This document shows, one piece after another, positions 21,520 through 32,089 of a stretch of 60,712 nt of DNA. Source of the stretch: an uncultured Verrucomicrobiota bacterium (GTDB lineage: Bacteria; Verrucomicrobiota; Kiritimatiellia; RFP12; UBA1067); assembly GCA_946623785.1 (NCBI GenBank), contig CAMORM010000002.1, forward strand, positions 1 through 60,712, read 5' to 3'. Positions within the stretch are counted from its first letter, which is position 1. Each line of letters opens with the position of its first letter. Below the pieces are notes generated by a model that was given only the letters and a program-made list of their open reading frames with translations, was not told where the DNA came from and searched no databases. The position numbers and the translations under genes are program-made.

Positions 21520-21526
21520 ATGACGC

Positions 21527-22801
21527 ATGAAGAGCATCATAGGGGTCGGGGTTGGTGCGCTAATTGCGATTGTATGCAATTTACGCGCCGAAAATCCAAA
21601 TTACATGATTTTTGACGAGGCGCATACGAATGAATCAGAGTGGGCCTTCGTCAATATAAAGTTTTATAACAACAAGGTAAATAATGCATATTTATCGTCA
21701 AGCGGGAGTATAATTGCCTCACCATTGTTCTCAAACTCGGTGATTCGGGTGGAGATATCCTTCATGGCAGCGTCGGTGAGTACACACAGGCTAATGAAGG
21801 TTGTGCCGCTTGACGGGTCGGGAAACGAGATTGAGTCTGGCGTGTGCGAGTTCGTGCCGCCGTTGGAGAAAGGCGTGGCGGAGGTTGCATGGCCGGCGGA
21901 GGCGGGGGTACGGCAGTTCAAGATTGGTGCCAACACTGGCGATGGCAACATCCACGTGTACGACTGCCTGGTTGCGCTGGCGGGCGCAGATGGCGCGCCG
22001 TCCGTTCCGTGCGGGCTGGAGAACCGCAAGGTGACTGGGAGTTCATTCGTTGCGGCGTGGAGAGCCTGCGAGGGGGCAGAATCGTACCTTGTGGACCTGT
22101 ACCGGGTGGACCGGATCGGGAGTTTGTGGAGCGGGGAGCCGTGGCGCGAGGATTTTGCGGATGCGGTCAACACGACCGGGAATCCCGTGCAGATCAGGGA
22201 CATACCTGCGCTTTTCCCGCAGCTGGAGGGCGAGAGGCTGTACATCCCGGCCCGGACAAACGGGTTGGTGCAGATCGGGACGGGAGACAAGGCGGGGCAT
22301 GTGGCACTTGTTGGCTGTCCGGCGGCAGAAGGCCGTGCCGTGCGGTTTCGGGCGAAGCGGTACAAGCACAAGGACGAGGGGAGCGTGATGCCGCTTTTGT
22401 GGACGGACGGAGGGGAAACGAACGCATTCGCGTCGGTGGAGCTTGCGGATGAAATGTCCGACTACGAAGTGCCGCTCGACGGCGTTCCGTCGGGAGCCGT
22501 GGTCCTTCTCCATTCCACCACGAACCGCAGCACCGGCGCAAGCGCGCGGGGGCGGGTGTGGCTTGACTCCGTTTCCGTTGTTTCGGGCTACACGCCGGCG
22601 CAGGTGGCAACGAACGCGGTGGCGGAAGGCGTCGTGGCATTGTCGCCTATGCGTAAGTTTTCCGGCCTTTGCGCGGGCACCCCGTATCTCTGGCGGGTGC
22701 GGTCGGTGCGAGGGGAGGCGGCTTCGGAGCCGTCGGCTCTCATGGAGGTTGTGCCAGAGGGCGCGCGGGAGAAGCCCGGTACGGCGGTTTGCTTCAGATA
22801 G
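21527..22801 (+). CDS. Hypothetical secreted protein (two beta-sandwich plus Fn3-like units)
   Basis: Signal peptide MKSIIGVGVGALIAIVCNLRAE. The ATG lies 7 nt after TGGTATAAT. The first ~90 codons are AT-rich and the rest is GC-rich. The protein ends in GTAVCFR. Confidence 0.65.
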   Translation: MKSIIGVGVGALIAIVCNLRAENPNYMIFDEAHTNESEWAFVNIKFYNNKVNNAYLSSSGSIIASPLFSNSVIRVEISFMAASVSTHRLMKVVPLDGSGNEIESGVCEFVPPLEKGVAEVAWPAEAGVRQFKIGANTGDGNIHVYDCLVALAGADGAPSVPCGLENRKVTGSSFVAAWRACEGAESYLVDLYRVDRIGSLWSGEPWREDFADAVNTTGNPVQIRDIPALFPQLEGERLYIPARTNGLVQIGTGDKAGHVALVGCPAAEGRAVRFRAKRYKHKDEGSVMPLLWTDGGETNAFASVELADEMSDYEVPLDGVPSGAVVLLHSTTNRSTGASARGRVWLDSVSVVSGYTPAQVATNAVAEGVVALSPMRKFSGLCAGTPYLWRVRSVRGEAASEPSALMEVVPEGAREKPGTAVCFR

Positions 22802-22809
22802 GGGGCGAG

Positions 22810-23496
22810 ATGGCTGAGATACTTGTTGTCGAGGACGAAAAGGGCATTCGCGAGGGGCTTGCGGAGCTTCTGGAGTGCGAGGGGTACGAAGTGAGGCAGG
22901 CCGCGGACGGCGTGGAGGCGATTGAGAGCTACCGCAGGAAGCGGCCGGACCTCATGCTGCTCGACATAGTGATGCCGAAGAAGAACGGGCTGGCTGTCTG
23001 CTCGGAGATACGCGCATGCGACAAGGAGATGCCGATACTCTTCCTTACGGCAAGGGCGTCGGAAGCTGACATCGTAGGGGGATTTGCGCGCGGGGCCGAC
23101 GACTACATGGCGAAGACCATACCGTCCTCCGAGAAGCTTGCCCGCATAGCGGCCGTCCTTCGTCGCAGCATGTGGACACCGTCGGACGGCGAAGACAGCT
23201 TCGTGTTCTGCGGGTGCCGCGTCAATTGCATGACGCTCGAGCTCGAAAAGCCGTCGGGCGGGCGCGAGAGGCTCACGCTAAGGGAGGTGGAGATGCTGAG
23301 GTGCTTCCACAGCCACCGCAGGGAGGTCCTTTCGCGGGATTACCTCATCACGAGGTTCTGGGGACTGACTTTCGACGGGAACGAGAAGACGCTTTCGGTG
23401 GCGATCTCGCGTCTGCGCGATAAGCTTGGCCCTGCCGGGGCGTCGATCCGCACCGTCGTGGGCGCGGGATATTCGTTCGACGACCGCGCGCAGTAA
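22810..23496 (+). CDS. OmpR/PhoB-family response regulator
   Basis: ORF trimmed to ATG 22810 (MAEILVVEDEKGIREGL). Receiver Asp in DLMLLDIVMP. Winged-helix C-terminus: LTLREVEMLRCF..SVAISRLRDKL. No histidine kinase gene is adjacent. Confidence 0.9.
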   Translation: MAEILVVEDEKGIREGLAELLECEGYEVRQAADGVEAIESYRRKRPDLMLLDIVMPKKNGLAVCSEIRACDKEMPILFLTARASEADIVGGFARGADDYMAKTIPSSEKLARIAAVLRRSMWTPSDGEDSFVFCGCRVNCMTLELEKPSGGRERLTLREVEMLRCFHSHRREVLSRDYLITRFWGLTFDGNEKTLSVAISRLRDKLGPAGASIRTVVGAGYSFDDRAQ

Positions 23497-23502
23497 CATG
23501 GC

Positions 23503-23529
23503 GTTACCGCTTGTTACCCTTTCGTAACC
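23503..23529 (+). promoter_or_regulatory. Three phased hexamers GTTACC / GTTACC / GTAACC (candidate response-regulator box)
   Basis: Hexamers start at 23503, 23513 and 23524, so the spacing is 10 and 11 nt. They lie immediately after the OmpR-family gene stop. Confidence 0.25.
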
Positions 23530-23565
23530 CCAGCCTTCCCGATTTCCTGTATTCTTCGCAATGCA

Positions 23566-23586
23566 GGCCGGCGGTGGTCGCCGGCC
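23566..23586 (+). other. GC hairpin between the response regulator gene and yraN
   Basis: GGCCGGCG gtggt CGCCGGCC, a perfect 8-bp stem with no T-tract. The yraN RBS follows 5 nt later. Confidence 0.3.
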
Positions 23587-23601
23587 CGAAAGGAGGGAGC
23601 G

Positions 23602-24078
23602 GTGAAGATACTGGAAACGCTGCTGGGAGGAAGGAAGCGGGAGAAGTCTGGGCTGGGGCGGACGGTCAGCGGCAGGCAAGGCAGCTGGGGGGAGGACATG
23701 GCGTGCCTTTACCTTGTCGAACGTGGGTGGACGGTGATAGAGCGGAACGCGCGCCCTTGCGCGAGCGACAGGCGGTGCGAGGTTGACATCATCGCGAAAA
23801 GCCCTGCGGGTGGAGTTGTGTTCGTCGAGGTAAAGACGCACCGGCGCCATTCCGAATACGCTTCGCGGCTCTGGCGCGTGGGGAAGCGGAAGAAGCGGCC
23901 GCTGCTGCGGGCGTGCGCCAGCTGGGTCATGGCGCACCGGTGGCACGGCAACTTCCGTTTCGACGTGATCCAGGTATACGGCGACAGAAGCTCCCCTGGT
24001 GGGCCAGAGATCGACCACATCGAGAACGTGCCGCTCTTCGGCCCGAACTGGCGTTTCTGGAGGGGGTGCGCGTCATGA
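23602..24078 (+). CDS. yraN: YraN-family (UPF0102) endonuclease-like protein
   Basis: GTG start after GGAGGGAG. Family strings GEDMACLYLVERGWTVIERN, EVDIIA, VVFVEVKT. Confidence 0.75.
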   Translation: MKILETLLGGRKREKSGLGRTVSGRQGSWGEDMACLYLVERGWTVIERNARPCASDRRCEVDIIAKSPAGGVVFVEVKTHRRHSEYASRLWRVGKRKKRPLLRACASWVMAHRWHGNFRFDVIQVYGDRSSPGGPEIDHIENVPLFGPNWRFWRGCAS

Positions 24079-24293
24079 GGGACTACGACCGCATAGTGCG
24101 CGACCAGATGGTGCTCGAGCGTGTTTCGGAGGTCGACCTCGAGATACTCGAGCGGTGTTTCGAGGCGGGGTACGATGCCGGCAGGTGGAGCGTCCCGCAC
24201 GACGCGCTCGTGCGGCTTTTGCCTGTTCCGTTGCCGCAGGACTGCGTCCGCTCCCGCGAAAACGGCCATGCCCTCGGTTTGCTTGACAGATAG
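24075..24293 (+). CDS. Small hypothetical protein (72 aa)
   Basis: The ATG overlaps the yraN stop (ATGA). It lies in frame within track ORF 23913..24293. No recognisable motif; support comes from coupling geometry only. Confidence 0.35.
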   Translation: MRDYDRIVRDQMVLERVSEVDLEILERCFEAGYDAGRWSVPHDALVRLLPVPLPQDCVRSRENGHALGLLDR

Positions 24294-24383
24294 CCCTTGC
24301 GATTTTTGCATATTTGCGCTCGTTTCCCGTTCGGTTTTTTGATAAACTAACCTTTCGTTTTTCCACAGAAAGGCAGAAAGAAC

Positions 24384-25673
24384 ATGAAAGTCGAGAAGAA
24401 AACCGCGGAGAAGTGCACGGTCAAGATTGCAGTCAAGGCAGAGGCGGACGAGGTTGCTGAAACCTACAAGAAGGTACTGAGGAAGTACATGCAGAACGTG
24501 CGGATTCCCGGTTTCCGTCCGGGCAAGGCTCCGCTCCAGATCGTGCAGCAGCACTTTGGCGAAGACATAAAGAACGACGTCAAGGGCGAGTGCTTCCGCA
24601 AGTTCTACCCCGAGGCGGTCAAGGAGTCCGGTGTCGAGGCGCTTCAGCTCGAGAACGTCGAAGACATGCTCTTTTCGCCCGAGACGGGCATTTCGTTCAC
24701 GGCCGTCGTCGCGGTGAAGCCCGAGTTCAAGCTCCCGAAGTACAAGAAGCTCTCGATCGACAAGCTCGAGGTGAACGTCACGGACAAGCAGGTCGGCGAC
24801 AGGGTCGAGAGCCTGCGCAAGGCGTACGCGAAGTACGAGGACGCGAAGGAGGGAGTGGCTGTTGCCGAGGGCGACTTCGTGCAGATCGACTACTCCGGCA
24901 CGCTTGACGGCAAGCCCATCTCCGATGTCGCGCCGGAGGCGAAGGCCGTTTCCGGTGCAACGGGCTTCTGGCTGCAGGCCGAGGAAGGGCGTTTCCTGCC
25001 GGAGCTGCTCGCGGCGCTCAAGGGGATGAAGGTCGGCGAGACCAAGGCCGGCGTGGCCGTTAAGTTCCCCGACGAGGCCCCCGAGGCGCTCAAGGGCAAG
25101 TCGGCCGAGTACACGCTTACAGTCAAGGCCCTTCGCAGCAGGGTGCTTCCGGACGACGAGCAGTTCCTCAAGGACGCCGGCGCGGAGTCGATGGACAAGC
25201 TCTGCGAGGACATCCGCGGCAAGATGGTGGCGGACGAGACGCGCGCGGAGGAGAGCCGCCGCCAGGACTACGCGATCGACCTGCTGCTGAAGGGCGCGGA
25301 CTTCGACGTGCCAGACTTCCAGGTGCGCAACGAGACTTCGGCGAACCTCGACAGGTACGCGCGCCAGGCGCAGTACTCGGGGCTCGACGCGGAGTACATC
25401 AAGCAGAACAGGGACCAGATCCTCGTGCAGGCCGAGGAGCAGGCGGTGCGCCAGGTGCGCCTGGCCTACATTCTCCAGGCCATCGCGAAGGAGGAGGGCA
25501 TCGCGGCGACGGACGAAGACGTCTCGGCCCGCATAGCGGAGATCGCAGAGGCGCGCCACGTGAAGCCCGAGGAGGTCCGCGAGAACCTCGAGAAGAGCGG
25601 CAGCATGGATGGGTTCAGGGAGCAGCTCCGCGCCGAGAAGTCGCTCAAGTTCGTAGTCGACGCGTCCAAGTAA
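24384..25673 (+). CDS. tig: Trigger factor
   Basis: Ribosome-binding signature GFRPGKAP near the N-terminus. Length and tig-clpP-clpX synteny fit. Confidence 0.93.
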   Translation: MKVEKKTAEKCTVKIAVKAEADEVAETYKKVLRKYMQNVRIPGFRPGKAPLQIVQQHFGEDIKNDVKGECFRKFYPEAVKESGVEALQLENVEDMLFSPETGISFTAVVAVKPEFKLPKYKKLSIDKLEVNVTDKQVGDRVESLRKAYAKYEDAKEGVAVAEGDFVQIDYSGTLDGKPISDVAPEAKAVSGATGFWLQAEEGRFLPELLAALKGMKVGETKAGVAVKFPDEAPEALKGKSAEYTLTVKALRSRVLPDDEQFLKDAGAESMDKLCEDIRGKMVADETRAEESRRQDYAIDLLLKGADFDVPDFQVRNETSANLDRYARQAQYSGLDAEYIKQNRDQILVQAEEQAVRQVRLAYILQAIAKEEGIAATDEDVSARIAEIAEARHVKPEEVRENLEKSGSMDGFREQLRAEKSLKFVVDASK

Positions 25674-25713
25674 GGCTTGTTTCGTAGTCCGCCAGTTGGA
25701 AAGGGCAGTTGCC

Positions 25714-26328
25714 ATGAAGGGTGAAAAGTCGTATCTCATACCGATGGTCGTGGAGCAGACGTCGCGCGGCGAGCGTTCCTACGACATATATTCCCGCCTG
25801 ATGCAGGACCGCATCGTGCTGCTCGGCGGCGAGGTGAACGACGAGAGCGCGAATCTCATCGTGGCGCAGCTCCTGTTCCTGCAGGCGCAGGACGCGAAGA
25901 AGGAGATATCGATGTACATCAACTCGCCGGGCGGAAGCGTCACGGCGGGTCTCGCCATCTACGACACGATGCAGTTCGTGAGCTGCCCTGTGGCGACGTA
26001 CTGCATCGGGCAGGCGGCCTCCATGGGCGCGGTGCTCCTCACGGCCGGCGCCAAGGGCCGCCGCTTCTCGCTGCCCAACTCCCGCATAATGATCCACCAG
26101 CCCTGGGGCGGGGCGGAAGGCAAGGCGAGCGACATCGAGATCACGGCGCGCGAGATACTGCGCCTCAAGGACCGCCTCAACCACATCCTTGCGGACCATT
26201 CGGGCAAGAAGTTCGAGGACGTCGTGAAGGACACGGACCGAGACTTCTTCATGAGCGCCGAGGAGGCCAGGGCATACGGCCTTGTGGACGAGGTGCTGAT
26301 GCCGACCAAGACCGGGGAGGCCCGCTGA
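25714..26328 (+). CDS. clpP: ATP-dependent Clp protease proteolytic subunit
   Basis: ORF trimmed to ATG 25714. Catalytic Ser in GQAASMGA and His in IMIHQP. Confidence 0.95.
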   Translation: MKGEKSYLIPMVVEQTSRGERSYDIYSRLMQDRIVLLGGEVNDESANLIVAQLLFLQAQDAKKEISMYINSPGGSVTAGLAIYDTMQFVSCPVATYCIGQAASMGAVLLTAGAKGRRFSLPNSRIMIHQPWGGAEGKASDIEITAREILRLKDRLNHILADHSGKKFEDVVKDTDRDFFMSAEEARAYGLVDEVLMPTKTGEAR

Positions 26329-27605
26329 TGGCCGGCAGGCGCAAGGGCGGCGGCGTTTCCGACAACGTCTGTTCCTTCTGCGGACGGTCCGCCGTGGACG
26401 GGGCGGTGGTGCTTCCCGGGCCGGACGGCGTGAACATCTGCGGCGACTGCGCGAGGACTGTCTGCGATGTCCTCGACGAGGCGGCGCAGATGGCGCTTCC
26501 GCAGGGCGGGCGCAATCGCGCGGCGAACCAGAAGCCAAAGGCCGCCGCGATGCCGAAGGTCCCCGCCGCGAAGGAGATCAAGGAGTTCCTCGACAAGTAC
26601 GTTATCGGCCACGAGGAGACGAAGAAGGTCCTTTCCGTTGCGGTCCACAACCACTACCGCAGGCTCGAGAGCCTCGAGGCCGGCGCGGAGTCGGACGACG
26701 GCGTTGAGATCGAGAAGTCGAACATCCTACTCATAGGTCCGACCGGCTGCGGCAAGACGCTTTTCGCGAAGACCCTCGCCAAGTGCCTCCAGGTTCCGTT
26801 CGCGATAGGCGACGCCACTACGCTCACCGAGGCGGGGTACGTCGGCGAAGACGTCGAGAACGTGGTGCGCTACCTCTGGCAGAACGCCGGGTGCGACGTC
26901 GATCTCGCGAAGCGGGGCATCATCTACATCGACGAGATCGACAAGATCGCGTCGAAGACCGACAACGTGTCGATCACGCGCGACGTCTCCGGCGAGGGCG
27001 TGCAGCAGGCGCTACTCAAGATACTCGAGGGGACCACGTGCCGCTTCCCGCCGAAGGGCGGGCGCAAGCATCCCGACCAGGAGTACATCGAGGTCGACAC
27101 CTCGGGCATCCTCTTCATAGTGGGCGGCGCGTTCGTTGGCCTCGAGAAGATCGTGAAGAGCCGCAGCGGGCAGAGTGCCGTCGGGTTCCTCCGCACGGAG
27201 GCGCCCGCCGAGGAACAGCCCGCGCGCCAGCCCGCGGAGGGGCTGGACGTGCGTCCGGAGGATCTCGTGAAGTTCGGGCTCATACCGGAGTTCACCGGGC
27301 GGCTTCCGGTCATAACGACGATGGGCGAGCTCACGGAGGACCAGCTCGTGCAGGTGCTCACGGAGCCGAAGAACTGCCTTGTCAAGCAGTACAAGAAGCT
27401 TTTGGCGATGGACGGCGTGGACCTCGAGTTCGGACAGGACGCGCTTAGGGCGCTCGCCAAGGAGGCGATTCGCCGGAAGACGGGCGCGCGCGGGCTTCGC
27501 GCGGCGATGGAGCGCGTGATGACCGACATCATGTACGAGGCGCCGGGCAAGGGCGGCTCGCACAAGGTCTCCGTGACGGCGGAGATGGTCGGCGCGAAGC
27601 TGTGA
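26328..27605 (+). CDS. clpX: ATP-dependent Clp protease ATPase subunit ClpX
   Basis: The ATG overlaps the clpP stop (TGATG). Zinc ribbon CSFCGR..CGDC and Walker A GPTGCGKT. Confidence 0.95.
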   Translation: MAGRRKGGGVSDNVCSFCGRSAVDGAVVLPGPDGVNICGDCARTVCDVLDEAAQMALPQGGRNRAANQKPKAAAMPKVPAAKEIKEFLDKYVIGHEETKKVLSVAVHNHYRRLESLEAGAESDDGVEIEKSNILLIGPTGCGKTLFAKTLAKCLQVPFAIGDATTLTEAGYVGEDVENVVRYLWQNAGCDVDLAKRGIIYIDEIDKIASKTDNVSITRDVSGEGVQQALLKILEGTTCRFPPKGGRKHPDQEYIEVDTSGILFIVGGAFVGLEKIVKSRSGQSAVGFLRTEAPAEEQPARQPAEGLDVRPEDLVKFGLIPEFTGRLPVITTMGELTEDQLVQVLTEPKNCLVKQYKKLLAMDGVDLEFGQDALRALAKEAIRRKTGARGLRAAMERVMTDIMYEAPGKGGSHKVSVTAEMVGAKL

Positions 27606-27623
27606 GGCGTCGGGAGGCAGGCA

Positions 27624-27974
27624 ATGACAGTCACGGTACTCAAGTCAAAGCTGCACCGCATCCGCGTCACGGAGGCCTGTCTGGAATACGCGGGTTCCCT
27701 TACGATCGACGAGGACCTGATGGACGCGGCCGGGATCCTCAACTGGGAGAAGCTGCTCGTTGCGAACGTGGAGAACGGCGAGCGCTTCGAGACCTATGCG
27801 ATAAAGGGGCCCCGCGGCAGCGGGACCTGCTGCCTCAACGGCGCCGCGGCGTGGAAGGGGCGCGTAGGGGACAGGCTCATCGTGATGGTATGGGCTGAAA
27901 TGACGGCGGAAGAGGCCTCTTCGCATGTGCCGAACGTGGTCGTGCTGGACGAAAGAAATTGTCCGGTTCACTGA
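27624..27974 (+). CDS. panD: Aspartate 1-decarboxylase proenzyme
   Basis: MTVTVLKSKLHRIRVTEACLEYAGSLTID carries the self-cleavage Gly24-Ser25 pair. GGGAGG RBS upstream. Confidence 0.9.
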   Translation: MTVTVLKSKLHRIRVTEACLEYAGSLTIDEDLMDAAGILNWEKLLVANVENGERFETYAIKGPRGSGTCCLNGAAAWKGRVGDRLIVMVWAEMTAEEASSHVPNVVVLDERNCPVH

Positions 27975-28003
27975 AAATCGCACTTGCCACCGCTCCGTTT
28001 TTG

Positions 28004-28012
28004 CGGTACAAT
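28004..28012 (+). promoter_or_regulatory. -10 box CGGTACAAT, 6 nt before ATG 28019 (leaderless candidate)
   Basis: TACAAT hexamer without the T of the TG extension. The ATG opens a signal peptide. Confidence 0.45.
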
Positions 28013-28018
28013 CGCATC

Positions 28019-31000
28019 ATGATGAAATCAAGACTAGATATACTCCGGCGTTTCGCGCTGGTTGCATGCTTCAGTTTCGCGGCGTTTCCCGTGCTTTCCC
28101 AGGACGCCCAGCAGGCTTCGGAGGCAGACGAGGCGGATGAACCGGCGGAGAAGACCGACCCCCTGATGGAGGAGGAGCTTTCCTACGCGCAGGCGCTGAT
28201 CGAATTCTACCCCGACTACGCGGACCCTGTGATACAGGCGGCCCGCAAGCGCTGGGCGGACGCAGGCCCGCGCCTCACCGCGCTCGAGATGCGCGGCAAG
28301 CTGCGCCTCGGCAAGTTCGACGAGGTGAAGGCAGCTCTCGCCAAGGTCGACAGGAAGACGAAGCCGGGCGAGTACTGGGCGATGAACCTCTCGCTGGGCG
28401 ACGCGTACTACAGCCAGGGCGACATGAAGTCCTGCGCCGCGATATACGACGACTTCTTCAAGTCCGTCCCGAAGCCCGACAAGTCGATCCGCGTCCTTTA
28501 CATCGAGTCCGCCTACAAGTGGGGGCAGATGCTCATCCGCGAGGGCAAGGAGGCTGAGGCCGCCAAGGTGTACGACGGCCTGATCTCGCAGCTCAAGGGC
28601 GCGGACAACCGCCTGCTCCGCGCAACCGTCCAGCTCGACAACGCCGAGCTCCTCCTCAAGCTCGCGGGCGAGGCGAAGGACGACGCCACGCGCAAGGGGT
28701 TCCTCGACCGCGCCGCGAAGCACCTCAAGGAGCCCCTGTGGATGGACGACGAGCCGCTGATCTTCGGCAGGGCGGTGGCGATGCGCGCGCACGTGGAGGT
28801 TCTGCGCGGGAAGCTCTCGAGCGCGAAGGACATGGTCGAGACGTACATCCCGCAGCTCAAGGAGATCCACGAGAGCCTCAAGGAGCAGGACCCGGACGGC
28901 AAGCTCGGGTACCTCCGCCAGTCTCCGATGCCCCAGTGCCGCTACCTCCTCGCGTCGATGATGTGGAAGGGCGTGCAGACGGAGCTCGCGAAGGGCGCTC
29001 CCGACGACGCGCTGATCCTCAACCTCCTCTTCGGCGAGAAGAACAAGAGCACTGGCAAGCGCGTTGGCGGCGGCGCGTACAACCACGCGGTCAACGTGGC
29101 GATCCAGTACCCCGAGTCCACCTGGGCTTCGGCGGCCGACGAGCTGGAGCGCAAGATACGGGAGCTTGTGAAGACGCGCTTCAAAAAGGAGATCAAGACG
29201 GCGATCACGGCCGAGCAGCGCAAGAAGATCCTCCAGATGAAGTTCAAGGACGCGCACGAGCTGTTCGGCAACAACGACTTCGCGGCCGCCGCGCCGAAGT
29301 ACGAGGAGGTACTTGCGGCAGTTCCGGAGACCACCGAGTCCGTGAGGTCCGTCGGCAACCTGATCACCTGCTGGCGCAACATGGTCCAGGACACGAAGGA
29401 CCCGAAGGAGAAGGAGTACCTCAACATGAAGATCGAGGCGGCGGAGGGCTACATCTCCGAGCGCTTCGGAGGGCTCTCGCCCGAGCTCCAGAGGGCCGGA
29501 GGCGACCAGACGCTCATCTTCGCGGCGCGCGAGCACGACAGCGGTGCGCTTGCGCGCGCCCAGCGCCTCTACGACAACTACTTCCAGAACTACCCGACCC
29601 ACCACCAGGCGGCGCAGATGGCGATGTCGCTCGCCTCGCAGGCCTTCCAGAAGGAGGACTACGAGACGGCGATGCACTACTACGAGGTGATCGTAAACAG
29701 CTACACCAACTCGCCGTACTACGTCCAGTCGCTCGGCCAGCTCTCGACGGCGGCCGGCAAGCTCGGGAACAACACGCTCGAGCTCGACTGGCTCCGCAAG
29801 TACGCCGCGCGCTGCACGAGCCCGTCGATGAAGGCCAACGCCCAGCTCCGCCTCGCCTACGCGCAGCACCGCGAGGGCATGTCGCTTCTGCGCCAGGCCG
29901 GTGAAGAGGCAAACGCCGAGGCGGCAGGAGAGCTCCGCAAGAAGGCGCGCGAGAACTTCGTGCAGGCGGCGCGCGAGTTCATCAAGCTCGTCAAGGACGC
30001 GGAGGCCGCAGCCAAGGACCCGTCCGTGTCCGCCACGGACAAGGCGAACTTCGAGAAGATGCGCGAGGACGCGCTGTACCTCATCGGCGACTCGATCCAG
30101 CGCATGCCGGCCGAGGGCAACGGCGATCCGCGCGCCGTGGCCGCACAGAAGTACAACGACTACCTCGCGGCGTACCCGAAGGGCAAGTTCGCCCCGACGG
30201 TGCTCATGAAGCTCGGCACGATCTACATCGCCACGACGAACACCGTGAAGCAGCAGGAGGTCTTCCAGCGCCTCGAGCGCGACTTCCCGGAGTCCGACGA
30301 AGCCAAGAACTCCAAGCCCCGCCTCGCCAAGACCCTCATGGACATGGGGCTCACGCAGGAGGCCGTCAAGCAGTACGCCGAGATGGTCGGCACGGACGCG
30401 AAGTATACCTCGCAGCAGCTGATGCAGGCCGGCGAGGCGCTTCTCGAAGGCGGCGGGAAGGACGGGCTCGACACGGCCATCCGGGCGTTCGACAAGTCAA
30501 TTGCGCGCGCCGGCACGAACCTGAACATGCTCGCCGTGATCGGCCGCTGCAAGCTCGGCAAGGGCAAGGCGCTTATGGCGCAGAACCGCCTCGTCGAGGC
30601 GCAGGAGCTCATGAGGAACTTCATGGACGACAAGCAGCTCGGCCGCACGACGATGGCGCTCGACGCGAACATGATGCTCATAGAGGCGGCTTCGAAGGCC
30701 GGCGAGAGGGAGCGCGACGACGATGCCCGCGAGACCTGCTTCAGGGACGCGCTTGCAGCGCTCCAGAAGGTCAAGCACCGCGTGAAGGGCGACGCCAGGA
30801 AGGAGAAGGAGCTTGCGCTTCTCGGCGGCGACATCCTCCTGAGGCGCATGCACGCCGAAGAGGCCATGAAGCTCGAGGAGCAGATGGTCAAGACGCGCGG
30901 CAGCGCCATCGCGAGCTACCGCGGCTACATCATGGGCAACAAGGTCGACGAGCAGCACCCCGCGTCCGGCATGCAGGCGTGGGAGCTCTCCAACCTCGAG

Positions 31001-31186
31001 CATGCGTACGCGTGCGTGCTGCCGCTCATCGCGGCACACATCCCCACCATCAAGGAGGACGACGTGCGCAAGGAGCTCGTTGCGGACGTCAACAGCCTTG
31101 GCGGCGAGTATCTCGAGCTCTTCCCGAACGGCAAGCACAAGATCGACGTGCAGAACGCGATGAACCTCGCGTCCGCCCAGCAGTGA
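28019..31186 (+). CDS. Large secreted TPR-repeat protein (1055 aa)
   Basis: ORF trimmed to ATG 28019, which lies 6 nt after TACAAT. Signal peptide MMKSRLDILRRFALVACFSFAAFPVLSQ. Helical TPR-like repeats run throughout. Confidence 0.8.
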   Translation: MMKSRLDILRRFALVACFSFAAFPVLSQDAQQASEADEADEPAEKTDPLMEEELSYAQALIEFYPDYADPVIQAARKRWADAGPRLTALEMRGKLRLGKFDEVKAALAKVDRKTKPGEYWAMNLSLGDAYYSQGDMKSCAAIYDDFFKSVPKPDKSIRVLYIESAYKWGQMLIREGKEAEAAKVYDGLISQLKGADNRLLRATVQLDNAELLLKLAGEAKDDATRKGFLDRAAKHLKEPLWMDDEPLIFGRAVAMRAHVEVLRGKLSSAKDMVETYIPQLKEIHESLKEQDPDGKLGYLRQSPMPQCRYLLASMMWKGVQTELAKGAPDDALILNLLFGEKNKSTGKRVGGGAYNHAVNVAIQYPESTWASAADELERKIRELVKTRFKKEIKTAITAEQRKKILQMKFKDAHELFGNNDFAAAAPKYEEVLAAVPETTESVRSVGNLITCWRNMVQDTKDPKEKEYLNMKIEAAEGYISERFGGLSPELQRAGGDQTLIFAAREHDSGALARAQRLYDNYFQNYPTHHQAAQMAMSLASQAFQKEDYETAMHYYEVIVNSYTNSPYYVQSLGQLSTAAGKLGNNTLELDWLRKYAARCTSPSMKANAQLRLAYAQHREGMSLLRQAGEEANAEAAGELRKKARENFVQAAREFIKLVKDAEAAAKDPSVSATDKANFEKMREDALYLIGDSIQRMPAEGNGDPRAVAAQKYNDYLAAYPKGKFAPTVLMKLGTIYIATTNTVKQQEVFQRLERDFPESDEAKNSKPRLAKTLMDMGLTQEAVKQYAEMVGTDAKYTSQQLMQAGEALLEGGGKDGLDTAIRAFDKSIARAGTNLNMLAVIGRCKLGKGKALMAQNRLVEAQELMRNFMDDKQLGRTTMALDANMMLIEAASKAGERERDDDARETCFRDALAALQKVKHRVKGDARKEKELALLGGDILLRRMHAEEAMKLEEQMVKTRGSAIASYRGYIMGNKVDEQHPASGMQAWELSNLEHAYACVLPLIAAHIPTIKEDDVRKELVADVNSLGGEYLELFPNGKHKIDVQNAMNLASAQQ

Positions 31187-31208
31187 CACTTCTAAGGAGA
31201 AAAGAACA

Positions 31209-32030
31209 ATGCGCAGAATCATAACAGCAATCGTCTTCGCCGGCGTGGCGGCTTTCGCCGGCGAGCTCAGGGCCGCAGCGGCGGCGCAGGGAACCCTGTA
31301 CACGAAGGACGGCGGGCACAAGTCCGGCGTCATAAAGTGGAGCGCCCGCAACAGGTCGTACGTGATCACGCAGAAGCAGGCGAACGGCTCGACCATGGAC
31401 ATGGAGGTGGAGGCCAAAAACGTTGAGCGTCTCGACATCAAGCCGCCGCAGGGCATGGACCAGGCAATCAAGGCCGTGGAGTCGGGCAATGGCGCCGGCC
31501 AGATCAAGTTCCTCGAGCAGGTCGTCGACGAATACGCCCACCTCCAGTGGGACCAGAAGGCCGGCAGCTACCTCGCGAAGGCGTACCTCGGCGCGAACAA
31601 CGCAGCCAAGGCGCTCGAGACGTGCAAGAAGATCATCAGCGTGGACAAGACCGCGGGCTACAGCGGCGACCTTGCGCCGACGTATTGGCAGGCCCTCATC
31701 AAGAACAACCAGACCTCGACGCTCGACCAGATGCTTGCGAAGGCGGCTTCCAGCGGCGACCGCTTCGCCTCCGGCAGCGCGCTGATCGCCCGCGGCGACG
31801 CGATCATCGCGAAGGACAACACCCCGGCGGGCGCGAAGAAGGCGCTTGTCGACGGCTATCTGCGCGTCATCCTGCTCTACAGAGACCCCGAGGTCGAGCC
31901 GCTTCTACGCCCCGAGGCGCTCTACAAGGCGGCCCAGTGCTTCGAAACGGCCGGGCAGACCTCCAGGGCTTCCGACCTCCGCGCCGAGCTGAAGACCAAG
32001 TACGCCTCCAGCCCCTGGGCCGCGAAGTAA
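31209..32030 (+). CDS. Secreted TPR-like protein (YbgF/CpoB-like by architecture only)
   Basis: AAGGAG RBS. Signal peptide MRRIITAIVFAGVAAFAG. Small beta-rich N-terminal part followed by helical repeats. Confidence 0.65.
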   Translation: MRRIITAIVFAGVAAFAGELRAAAAAQGTLYTKDGGHKSGVIKWSARNRSYVITQKQANGSTMDMEVEAKNVERLDIKPPQGMDQAIKAVESGNGAGQIKFLEQVVDEYAHLQWDQKAGSYLAKAYLGANNAAKALETCKKIISVDKTAGYSGDLAPTYWQALIKNNQTSTLDQMLAKAASSGDRFASGSALIARGDAIIAKDNTPAGAKKALVDGYLRVILLYRDPEVEPLLRPEALYKAAQCFETAGQTSRASDLRAELKTKYASSPWAAK

Positions 32031-32089
32031 GCAACCGTTCAACATGATCGTCAAAACAGTCTAAACAAAAACAAAAAAGGGTAAAACAA

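Noticed and set aside
23709-25739. 676-aa minus-strand ORF spanning yraN, tig and the clpP start.
   Set aside because: It is antisense to three recognisable genes and crosses their intergenic regions. The sequence is low complexity and Arg/Leu-rich.
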